Source: a bacterium (GTDB lineage Bacteria; Zhuqueibacterota; Zhuqueibacteria; Oceanimicrobiales; Oceanimicrobiaceae). Taken from it: 15,612 nt of DNA. Shown here in pieces: positions 1 to 7,450 of the stretch (position 1 is the stretch's first letter; each line of letters begins with the position of its first letter). The DNA lies in the NCBI GenBank assembly GCA_046757165.1, contig JBHHXT010000108.1, positions 1 through 15,612 of the forward strand, read 5' to 3'. The position numbers and the translations under genes are program-made. Under the pieces are notes generated by a model. It was not told the origin of the DNA. It saw nothing but the letters and a program-made list of their open reading frames with translations, and made no database searches.

Positions 1-83
1 ACTTTGTCGATGTCTGGCGCCAAGCGCCTAGATTTCGTGCAAGACTGCGTTTGCAAGAAATGGAGTCGTGGATTTTCGGCCAG

Positions 84-110
84 CCATTACTCCATCACTC
101 CATTACTCCA
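84..110. repeat. 8-bp tandem repeat (CCATTACT/CCATCACT x3) with an imperfect inverted partner at 61-72
   Basis: ccattact-ccatcact-ccattact-cca read directly. tggagtcgtgga (61-72) is a near reverse complement of tccatcactcca. Confidence 0.7.
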
Positions 111-190
111 ACTTATCGACACCACTTTGGTAGATGATTTTTCGTAAGCGCCTCCAGTCTAAACACCTGATTCTTCAGCACACTTTTGGT

Positions 191-219
191 TTGATTCTCA
201 GCGAAATTTTTCGTATAAT
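191..219 (+). promoter_or_regulatory. Sigma70-type promoter for the DUF3467 gene
   Basis: TTGATT (191-196), 17-nt spacer, perfect TATAAT (214-219), 40 nt upstream of ATG 260. Confidence 0.7.
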
Positions 220-259
220 TTGCCAGGATCTGGCATTCACGAAAAAAGGGACCAACCAA

Positions 260-592
260 ATGCAGCAAGAAAGCCCCAAACAACAGCAAATCAACGTCGA
301 GCTCGGCGAGAAGGAAGCCGAGGGCATCTACTCCAACCTGGCCCTCATCTCACACTCGCCAGCGGAATTCGTCATCGATTTCACCCGCATGCTCCCCGGC
401 GTGCCAAAAACCAAAGTCTACGCCAGGATCGTGATGACCCCGCAGCACGCCAAATCGTTTCTCAGAGCCCTGGAAGAAAATGTCGGCAAATACGAGAAAC
501 AGTTTGGCGACATCAAAGTTCACGGCCAGACGAATCTGCAGCAGACCATCGGCTTCAGCCCACCGCACGAGGGGACCCCTCGAGCAGAATAA
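260..592 (+). CDS. DUF3467 domain-containing protein
   Basis: QINVELGEKEAEGIYSNLALISHSPAEFVIDF...ARIVMTPQHAKSFLRALEENV matches the DUF3467 pattern. ATG 260 follows an AAAGGG RBS-like tract, and the promoter position argues against the upstream start at 134. Confidence 0.88.
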   Translation: MQQESPKQQQINVELGEKEAEGIYSNLALISHSPAEFVIDFTRMLPGVPKTKVYARIVMTPQHAKSFLRALEENVGKYEKQFGDIKVHGQTNLQQTIGFSPPHEGTPRAE

Positions 593-608
593 TTGCAGGC
601 AAGGAACG

Positions 609-740
609 TTGAAGCTCGCGCCCGACAAACAAAAGCGACAGATCGAGTATTGGGTGGCAGCAGCCGAAATGGACCTGCCGGTGATGCAGCACCTGTTTGA
701 AAGCGGTGACTACCACTATGCGCTGTTCATCGGGCACCTG
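609..740 (+). pseudogene. HEPN-domain protein, N-terminal fragment
   Basis: TTG 609 after AAGGA. IEYWVAAAEMDLPVMQHLFESGDYHYALFIGHL resembles a HEPN (SacsinC-like) N-terminus. Similarity stops at 740, where the LEK..K helix should follow. Confidence 0.72.
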
Positions 741-1015
741 CGATTCTTTTTGGTTCTTACGCAAGAGGCAGTGCGACGGAGTTTAGTGATATCGACTTCG
801 CACTCATCTCGGACGATTTTACGGGCGACAGGTTTGACGACCGTCAAAGAATCATCCCGCTCAGCCGTGACATCGACGACCGCCTCGAACCCATGCCCTT
901 CCTCCCTGAAGACTTCGACGAAGGCAACCCGCTGGCCGCCGAGGTGATCGCCCATGGCATCGAGATCGATTTGGATGGAATTCGGGAGATGGAGGGGAAA
1001 TCCTCAAAAGAGTGA
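740..1015 (+). pseudogene. Minimal nucleotidyltransferase (MNT), 5'-truncated
   Basis: This frame is not in the ORF track. From 740 it reads AILFGSYARGSATEFSDIDFALISDDFTGDRFDDRQRIIPLSRDIDDRLEPMPFLPEDFDEGNPLAAEVIAHGIEI...stop 1013-1015, with the GS-x-DxD motif. There is an in-frame TGA at 707-709 and no start codon ahead of the motif. Confidence 0.8.
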
Positions 1016-1109
1016 AGAAAGTTCTAGCGTGAATAATTCACTCACCGCAAAGGCGCGAAGAACGCGAAGAGAAAGAAAGCGATATACCTGTGACTCGTTT
1101 TCTTTTTCT

Positions 1110-1183
1110 CGCTCCCATGCTCCGGGTGGGAGCGCATTTTTGACGCTCTGCGCCAAGTTAGCCTAATGCCAATGACGCGGAGC
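1110..1183. repeat. REP-like palindromic element between convergent genes
   Basis: Hairpin cgctccca (1110-1117)/tgggagcg (1127-1134), then a second imperfect pair gctctgcg (1145-1152)/cgcggagc (1176-1183). Confidence 0.55.
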
Positions 1184-1218
1184 AAATGACGTGAAACAAC
1201 GCGATTTTGTTGCTTCGC

Positions 1219-1635
1219 CTAGAACAGGGGCTTGCCGATCAGCTCGAAAAGCATAAAGACCATAAAAAAGGCTGTTCCGCCGCCAAAGATGAGAACTGCC
1301 GCAAAAACTTTCAGATTCTCTTTCATTTCCTCTCCATACTCTAACGCCGGTGCGATGCTCACTTTCGCGTCTGCCAGCAACTTCGCCTGACACGCCAGCC
1401 GAACGCCGCTCTTTGGCTCACAATGGAGCTTCTCTTTCCACGTCATCGGTGTCACACAATCTTTGGGATCGACTTTGATGCGGTCTGTGCCGCACAAGCC
1501 GAAACCGCGACAATTCAGCAGCCAGTTTGGGCCGCCGTAGACCGAAACTTTGTTCTTGTGTGCGATTTTCCGAATGTCTGCCCCTTCTTCGGCAGTGACA
1601 GTCACATTCGCTTCTTCAAATTCAATTGACGGCAT
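1219..1635 (-). CDS. 2Fe-2S ferredoxin-like protein with C-terminal membrane helix
   Basis: NCRGFGLCGTD...RLACQ (fer2 pattern C-x5-C-x2-[C>D]...C). Hydrophobic C-terminus VFAAVLIFGGGTAFFMVFMLF. AAGGAGG RBS before ATG 1635. Confidence 0.82.
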   Translation of the reverse strand: MPSIEFEEANVTVTAEEGADIRKIAHKNKVSVYGGPNWLLNCRGFGLCGTDRIKVDPKDCVTPMTWKEKLHCEPKSGVRLACQAKLLADAKVSIAPALEYGEEMKENLKVFAAVLIFGGGTAFFMVFMLFELIGKPLF

Positions 1636-1714
1636 TAGCTCCTCCTTTTGTTGACATCCCAATGCTTATTTCGCTGAAGGTGAACCCAAAGACCTATGAT
1701 GGATTCACCTGCCT

Positions 1715-2398
1715 CTAATGACCCGCATCAATCCGCTGTTCAGCTACCTTAGCCATCTCCGTACCCGGATAATGCTCGATGATCTGGCGCCAGTACTTTT
1801 CCGCTTCCTCATGGTTGTGTATCGACGCCAGAATTTCGGCCATGTAGTGTAAACCAAAAGCGTACGTCGGTTCCCGGTCCAGGACCTCCTGGATCAGGGC
1901 GATGGCTTTCTCATGATTGCTCAGATTATTATGAGTTAAAGCGAGGGCGATCTTGACGTCTTTGTTTTCCGGCTCGACATCCATGTGCATTTCATAAAAA
2001 GCCTTTGCCTTCTCGTAATTGCCAGCGATGGTATACATAATCGCCAGACTGTCCATCGCCACCACATCCTCCGCATGCGCCTCGAGTCTGCTTTTGAGAC
2101 GGTTCAGCGTTTTATGTACCTGCTCCATAGCGGCCATGTTGCTCCCCCGGGCCTGGGGCGCATCTGCTCCGTTGACCATTGGCGCGTCATTATTTTGCCA
2201 GAAGAGCAACACAACGATAAGCGCAAACAATGGCACAAACAAAAAGGCGCCAAACGAATGTAGCCAGCTCCCGGGCGTACGACCGGCATGCTCAGGCGCA
2301 GGTGAGTTCATCTGAGGGGCCTTGTGCGTAGGTGCACCACACGCGTGGCAGAACTTCGCTCCTTTCTTTATTCCTTCTCCGCATTGCGAACAAAACAC
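1715..2398 (-). CDS. Zinc-ribbon / TM / TPR protein
   Basis: GTG 2398 after GGAGG. FCSQCG...AKFCHACG zinc ribbon, hydrophobic FLFVPLFALIVVLLFW, then several TPR-like units. The longer ORF start (2695) overlaps the upstream gene. Confidence 0.8.
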   Translation of the reverse strand: MFCSQCGEGIKKGAKFCHACGAPTHKAPQMNSPAPEHAGRTPGSWLHSFGAFLFVPLFALIVVLLFWQNNDAPMVNGADAPQARGSNMAAMEQVHKTLNRLKSRLEAHAEDVVAMDSLAIMYTIAGNYEKAKAFYEMHMDVEPENKDVKIALALTHNNLSNHEKAIALIQEVLDREPTYAFGLHYMAEILASIHNHEEAEKYWRQIIEHYPGTEMAKVAEQRIDAGH

Positions 2399-2409
2399 GT
2401 TTATTCCTC

Positions 2410-3252
2410 CTATTTGACCACAAGTTGATGGAAAACCCGTTCCAGATTTGCTATTTTTTTGAGCTTGTTTTCCTGTTGATAGATGAGCACGAGATTTCTG
2501 ATCATGCGGGCAAAGATCTCCTTCGGCTCGCTTTGAGCGAAATAGAGATTCCTGGCAGCACACCCCATCTTGTTCAAGAATTGCTCGCAATCTTGACGCG
2601 ACAAAATCTGGCCGCGATTGAAGGGGTCGATAAAAAACGAGGGGGAGCCACGGCGATACTTCAACAAAAAATGGCAGGGAAAACCGATGCCGCAAACCGG
2701 AAGCCGCAACCTCCTGGCGATGAAAAGGTAGATCGCGGACAGGCTGATCGGGATGCCACGCCGGCGGTCCAAGACCTGGTTGATGAAGCTGTTCTGGGCA
2801 TCATAGTACGCCTTTCTATTGCCATGAAATCCCTGTTCCACAAACAAGAACTGGTTGATCGTCTCCACCCGCCTTTTCTCGTCGCGCACCGCTTGAATTT
2901 TCTTCTCCACGCCGAACGCCAATTCATCTATTCTCCCGGTATAAGCAGAAACGTCGAGATTCGGATATTCGACCTGGGCCAGCAAAAAGGACGCCTCTTC
3001 TAAATCAAAGTCTCGAGTCTGGTTGAGTCTGCCAAAAGCGCGATTTAGATGCTGTAGCCGATTCTCTTCCAGGATGGCCTGCGCCTCGATGCGAATCCGT
3101 CCCTCTGCATCGCTAAAGGCGACCTGCTCGAGCAGGGTGTCCGCCGCCTCGCCTGTCCGCAGCAATTCATCCCGGGCAATGTCCCGGATGTTCCTGTCGT
3201 CGTCGCCCAGGAGCGTGATGAGCGCGCGGATCTCTGCCGGGGTGCGGCTCAT
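2410..3252 (-). CDS. SirB1-family / transglutaminase-like (Transglut_core2) protein
   Basis: GFHGNRKAYYDAQNSFINQVLDRRRGIPISLSAIY, GIGFPCHFLL, FIDPFNRGQIL and RMIRNL are SirB1-family motifs. Confidence 0.85.
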   Translation of the reverse strand: MSRTPAEIRALITLLGDDDRNIRDIARDELLRTGEAADTLLEQVAFSDAEGRIRIEAQAILEENRLQHLNRAFGRLNQTRDFDLEEASFLLAQVEYPNLDVSAYTGRIDELAFGVEKKIQAVRDEKRRVETINQFLFVEQGFHGNRKAYYDAQNSFINQVLDRRRGIPISLSAIYLFIARRLRLPVCGIGFPCHFLLKYRRGSPSFFIDPFNRGQILSRQDCEQFLNKMGCAARNLYFAQSEPKEIFARMIRNLVLIYQQENKLKKIANLERVFHQLVVK

Positions 3253-3267
3253 CGTAAGCCCACCCGT

Positions 3268-3912
3268 CTAAGCATTTTTCTTAAATGGGTTCTTGCCGAA
3301 GCGGTTTTCTGTCCCCTCAATCAATCGACGGATATTGGCGCGATGCGTGAAGCATATCAAGCCGCCGATCACGACACTAAACAACAGAAAGGACTTTGAG
3401 ACCGTCGCGCCAGCCATTCGGTCCAGAAACAGCAGGACGATTGGCAGGGAAGAGGTTGCCGCTATCGATGCCACCGAAACATAGCGCGTGATGACGACGA
3501 CGGTCACAAAAATCGCCAGGCAAATGAGCGCCGCCCAGGGATAGATCGAGATCAGCACGCCAGCGGCCGTGGCGACTCCTTTGCCGCCCTTGAACATGGC
3601 TAACACGGTCCAAATATGGCCGATGACTGCGCATGTTCCGGCAATGATTTGCACCAGCTCATGGTCAAGGCTCAACGGATCGATGCGGATTTTCGAGATC
3701 AAAGCGGCCGCGAGCATCCCCTTGCCGACATCGACCATGGCGACCAGAAGACCCGCCTGCCACCCCAGCACGCGGAATGCATTTGTGCCGCCGGCGTTCT
3801 TGCTGCCATACTCTCGGATATCGATCTTTCGCGTGATTCTGCCCCAGACCACGCTGGTGGGGAACGATCCGACCAGGTATGAAAGCAGAGCAATCAAGAT
3901 AAGTGAGATCAT
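3268..3912 (-). CDS. plsY: Glycerol-3-phosphate 1-O-acyltransferase (acyl-phosphate dependent)
   Basis: YLVGSFP, DIREYGSKNAGGTNAFR, DVGKG, GHIW...FKGGKGVAT, TRYVS, HRANIRRLIEGTE. Confidence 0.95.
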   Translation of the reverse strand: MISLILIALLSYLVGSFPTSVVWGRITRKIDIREYGSKNAGGTNAFRVLGWQAGLLVAMVDVGKGMLAAALISKIRIDPLSLDHELVQIIAGTCAVIGHIWTVLAMFKGGKGVATAAGVLISIYPWAALICLAIFVTVVVITRYVSVASIAATSSLPIVLLFLDRMAGATVSKSFLLFSVVIGGLICFTHRANIRRLIEGTENRFGKNPFKKNA

Positions 3913-3914
3913 TT

Positions 3915-5702
3915 CTATTCTCCAAGAAATGCGACTCCCGCTGCTCCGGGACCTGTGTGTGCCCCCAAAGCAGGGGAAACGTTGGTGACTATCATGTCTT
4001 TGGTGTCAAACCTTTGTTTTAGTTGCCCCTCGAGCCAGGCAGCTTTCTCCGGAGCGTTGGCATGCGCCACACCGAAGCGGAGATTCTTCTTCCCGGCAGA
4101 GGCCTTGCTGACAAACTCCATGACCTTTGCCAGAGCCGTTTCGGCATCAAATGTCTTCGCGGCCATTTCGACCGCTCCGCTTCTGTTCACCGTCAAGACC
4201 GGGTTCAGGTGGAACGCCCGGGCCAGGAGCCCTCTGGAGATGCTCAACCGCCCCCCTTTGACCAGATATTCCACGGATCGGAACGCGATAAAAAACCGCA
4301 CGTTGGCAATCGCCCACTCCGTACGTGCAATCACGTCTGCCAGCTCACACCCGTCTTGAATCGCGCTTGCGGCCTCCGCGACAACCAGGCCCAAAGCCAC
4401 ACTCGTATTCCGGCTGTTCAGGACGTGGATTTTGTCAGCAGAAACAGATTTCGCGGCGGTTTGCGACGCCTGCAGAGTGCCGCTGAGCGCTCCGGACAGA
4501 CTCACTGACACGACCTGTTCGTAATGTCCGAGGACGTCCCGGTAGGTGTTGCGAAAATCGCCCGGAGTCGGCTGCGAAGTTTTGGGATACTGCTCGTTCG
4601 TCTCCAGCATGCGGTAAAACTCCTCCGGCGTGATGGTAATCTTGTCGATATAGTTCTCTTTGCCAAATAGAATCTGCACCGGCACCATTTGAACATTATG
4701 CCGAATAATAAACTCTGGTGACAAGTCGCAAGAGGAGTCGGTTACCAGGGCGATCTTTGCGGCTGCGTACGGGCTGTGCGCGTGTACATGCTGCTTGCGC
4801 ATGTCGTCGAATTTTTGTTTGCTGACGGTGCCGTACGTGCTGGCCGTTTCAAACACGGTTTTCGGCTCATTGGTGTGGATGTGGACGCGGACTTTTTTTT
4901 TCGATCCTGCGACGATGAGAGAATTACCCAGCTTGCTCAATTCCTCCCGCAGCTGCCGCCGATCGATGTTACCATCTGCAATCAAACATTCCGTGCAGTA
5001 TTGAAACAGAATCTGCTCTGGTGCGTTTGCGACTCGTGCTGAGGCGGTTTCCGCCCCCCCGATGCCGACGACCTTCTCAATCTTGCCGGACTGCATGAAA
5101 TGATGGACGCCCTCCAGCATATGCACAAACCCCTGTGCTCCGGCATCAACCACGCCCGCCCTGGCGAGCAGCTTGAGCTTCTTCGGTGTTTCTTTCAAAG
5201 AACGTTCCGCTTCATGCAGGCCTTCCTTCAACAAATCCAGGAAATCATTCGCATGACAACAATGGGTTTTGATCTTCTCCGCCCAATCGTGAATGACGGT
5301 CAGAATCGTGCCTTCTTTCGGCTCGGTTATCGCCTCATACGAGGAATCGCGGGCCCGGATGACGGCCTCGCCAAACTGAGTCAGGCTCACCCTGCGTTGA
5401 CCCTCAAACCTGTCTGCAAAGCCCTGAAAGAATTGGGCCAGAATCGCACCCGAATTGCCCCGTGCCCCCATGATGGCTGAATCAGCCAAACATTGGCTCA
5501 TCTCCGAGACGCTGCTGTGAGGGCAGTTGATAGCGCCCTCTGCGATACGCTGCATGGTCAGAGCCATATTGGTGCCCGTATCGTTGTCAGGCACCGGGAA
5601 CACGTTAATTCGGTTCAGCTTCTCTTGCATCAGGATAACCCGTCTCGCTGCAGCAATCACAGCCTGCTTCAGCCCGATGCCATCCATATACGCGATTTTC
5701 AT
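3915..5702 (-). CDS. DAK2 (FakA-like) - DegV (FakB-like) fusion, putative single-chain fatty acid kinase
   Basis: DAK2 motifs LNRINVFPVPDNDTGTNM, GARGNSG, PKEGTILTV, GVVDAG. Middle domain YCTE and VHIHTN. DegV motifs VTDSSCDL, PKTSQP, SGALSGT, LVKGGR, AHANA, GAHTGPG. Confidence 0.92.
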   Translation of the reverse strand: MKIAYMDGIGLKQAVIAAARRVILMQEKLNRINVFPVPDNDTGTNMALTMQRIAEGAINCPHSSVSEMSQCLADSAIMGARGNSGAILAQFFQGFADRFEGQRRVSLTQFGEAVIRARDSSYEAITEPKEGTILTVIHDWAEKIKTHCCHANDFLDLLKEGLHEAERSLKETPKKLKLLARAGVVDAGAQGFVHMLEGVHHFMQSGKIEKVVGIGGAETASARVANAPEQILFQYCTECLIADGNIDRRQLREELSKLGNSLIVAGSKKKVRVHIHTNEPKTVFETASTYGTVSKQKFDDMRKQHVHAHSPYAAAKIALVTDSSCDLSPEFIIRHNVQMVPVQILFGKENYIDKITITPEEFYRMLETNEQYPKTSQPTPGDFRNTYRDVLGHYEQVVSVSLSGALSGTLQASQTAAKSVSADKIHVLNSRNTSVALGLVVAEAASAIQDGCELADVIARTEWAIANVRFFIAFRSVEYLVKGGRLSISRGLLARAFHLNPVLTVNRSGAVEMAAKTFDAETALAKVMEFVSKASAGKKNLRFGVAHANAPEKAAWLEGQLKQRFDTKDMIVTNVSPALGAHTGPGAAGVAFLGE

Positions 5703-5741
5703 AGATCCTCTTGCGCGGCGCAGTTGCTTTTTCCTTTTCTT

Positions 5742-5770
5742 AATTTAAGCGCATTATGAACAAAAATCAA
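5742..5770 (-). promoter_or_regulatory. Putative promoter for the fak-plsY cluster
   Basis: Minus strand TTGATT (5770-5765), 17-nt spacer, TAAATT (5747-5742). Confidence 0.55.
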
Positions 5771-5805
5771 GAAAAATGTCCTGGTCCGGTCCGGGATGAT
5801 TTTGC

Positions 5806-5834
5806 TTGATTATTTGAGAGAAAGGTATTAAGTT
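5806..5834 (+). promoter_or_regulatory. Putative promoter for the TPR-PPIase gene
   Basis: TTGATT (5806-5811), 17-nt spacer, TAAGTT (5829-5834). Confidence 0.5.
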
Positions 5835-5985
5835 TGTATCCTTTTGCACAGTGCCGGGCGTCCTGGAATACGAGGTTGATCAAGGAACGGCGCGACAGCA
5901 AGAACGTGTAATTCAGTCATTGCACGTTCCCGACCTGACCCAATATTGCAAATCAATACTTCGTGGACCACAAACAGGAGAAACA

Positions 5986-7191
5986 ATGAAACTCCAACGG
6001 TTGATTCTACTTTTTTTCCTTTTATCGGCAGGTTCGAGCGCAAAACTCAACGCTCAGTCTGCAGAGGAGCTCAACACGCAGGCAATGGATCACATAGCCA
6101 ATCGGAAGATGAGCGAAGCCGTAGAAGCGTTGCGCAAGGCCATGGCAACCGATTCGACCCACGTCGAATCCTATATCAATCTGGGCTTCATCTACTATTC
6201 CAATGGCCTGCTGGAGCAGGCGGCCGCGCTCTATGCCAGAGCTTTGCACTTCGAGCCGGAGAACGCCATGGCACACAACAACATCGGCGCCGCTCTCCTG
6301 GCCGCCGGCGACGTCAAGCGTGCCGTGCAGGAATACCAACTGGCCCTGAAGTACAAGCCTGACTATCCCGAGGCCCACAACAACATGGCTTACGCCCTGT
6401 ACTCGGTCGGGGCAAACGACCTGGCGATCAAGTCGGCCGAAAAAGCGATCGAACTCAAACCGGATTACGCAAGAGCATATAACAACCTCGGCATGGCCTA
6501 CAACGCCAAAGGGCAACATGAACAGGCGGAACAGCACTTCAAAAAGGCGATTGAGCTGGACGATGATCTCATCATTGCCATCAACAATCTCGGCATTACC
6601 TACCGATTTCAGGGTAAGTTTGACGAAAGCATTGCGCAACATCAAAAGGCCGTTGCGCTCGACACACTGAACATTGAGTCGTACAACAGCCTGGGTCTGG
6701 CCTACATGAACAAGGGGGACCTGGAGAACGCCATCAAGTGGTTCAAGAAAGCCCTGGCGATTGCACCCACCTATGCCATCGCCCACAACAACCTGTCGTA
6801 TGTCTATTATGAGACGCTCAACTACAGCCTGGCGATGCAGCACGCGAAAACGGCAGAACGCCACGGACTCAAAATGACGGCGCAATATATGTCCGACCTG
6901 GAGAAAGCGCTGGAGCCAGAATATCTGCGCGCGCGCCACATTCTGATCAAGACGCAGGCAGCGGCAGACGCCATCATCGCCGAGTTCAATCAAGGGGCCA
7001 GTTTCGCCAAACTTGCACTCGAGAAGTCAATCGACGAGAATACTGCATCCAAGGGTGGTGACCTGGGGTACTTCAAAAAAGGCGACATGATGCCCGAGTT
7101 CGAGCAGGCGATCTTGAGCACGCAAGTGGGCAAAGTGAGCCGTGTGGTCAAGACAGAGCTGGGGTTTCATATTTTTCAACGGCTCAAGTGA
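5986..7191 (+). CDS. Exported TPR-repeat protein with C-terminal parvulin (PpiC-type) peptidyl-prolyl isomerase domain
   Basis: CAGGAG RBS, signal-peptide-like MKLQRLILLFFLLSAGSSAKLNA, multiple 34-aa TPR units (AHNNIG, AYNNLG, SYNSLG), and ARHIL...KGGDLGYF...MPEFEQA...VKTELGFHI. Confidence 0.9.
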   Translation: MKLQRLILLFFLLSAGSSAKLNAQSAEELNTQAMDHIANRKMSEAVEALRKAMATDSTHVESYINLGFIYYSNGLLEQAAALYARALHFEPENAMAHNNIGAALLAAGDVKRAVQEYQLALKYKPDYPEAHNNMAYALYSVGANDLAIKSAEKAIELKPDYARAYNNLGMAYNAKGQHEQAEQHFKKAIELDDDLIIAINNLGITYRFQGKFDESIAQHQKAVALDTLNIESYNSLGLAYMNKGDLENAIKWFKKALAIAPTYAIAHNNLSYVYYETLNYSLAMQHAKTAERHGLKMTAQYMSDLEKALEPEYLRARHILIKTQAAADAIIAEFNQGASFAKLALEKSIDENTASKGGDLGYFKKGDMMPEFEQAILSTQVGKVSRVVKTELGFHIFQRLK

Positions 7192-7221
7192 AAAGCAGCC
7201 TAACCATTCAGCCCAAAAGCC

Positions 7222-7322
7222 GGAGTGCAAAAATCAGTTCCGCCAGGAACGTATTTTTGCAACATATCCGGTCAGTGATAGTGCAAAAATACGTTCACTG
7301 CGTTCACTGATTTTTGTACTCC
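7222..7322. repeat. Nested inverted repeat (REPIN/MITE-like)
   Basis: ggagtgcaaaaatcagt (7222-7238) pairs with actgatttttgtactcc (7306-7322, one mismatch). gaacgtatttttgca (7247-7261) pairs perfectly with tgcaaaaatacgttc (7282-7296). Confidence 0.8.
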
Positions 7323-7450
7323 AATTATACCTGAATAGTCACAAAGCAGCGCCGGTACGAAGTCGAACCCACCGAAAGACGCCGAAGAGACCGAGATCAC
7401 CGATTATTGCAGAGGATGGAGGACTAAAGAAGGGAACCGGAAGTCGGCCA

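Noticed and set aside
741..753. Programmed -1 frameshift joining HEPN to MNT
   Set aside because: There is only a T5 run with no canonical X XXY YYZ heptamer, and both domains lack large parts, so a deletion explains it better.
480..947. 155-aa ORF as one real protein
   Set aside because: It is a chimera: an overlap with DUF3467, then the HEPN fragment, then out-of-frame read-through of the MNT sequence.
5860..5968. Calling the leader structure 6S RNA or a known riboswitch
   Set aside because: It is only about 110 nt and no diagnostic conserved sequence was recognised. It is kept only as an unnamed candidate.
6022..6993. 323-aa minus-strand ORF, and similar antisense ORFs over plsY, fak, GT2 and the T9SS gene
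   Set aside because: These are shadow frames of well-supported genes on the opposite strand and show no motifs.
7222..7322. CRISPR array
   Set aside because: The repeats are inverted and nested, not direct repeats with unique spacers, and no cas genes are present.
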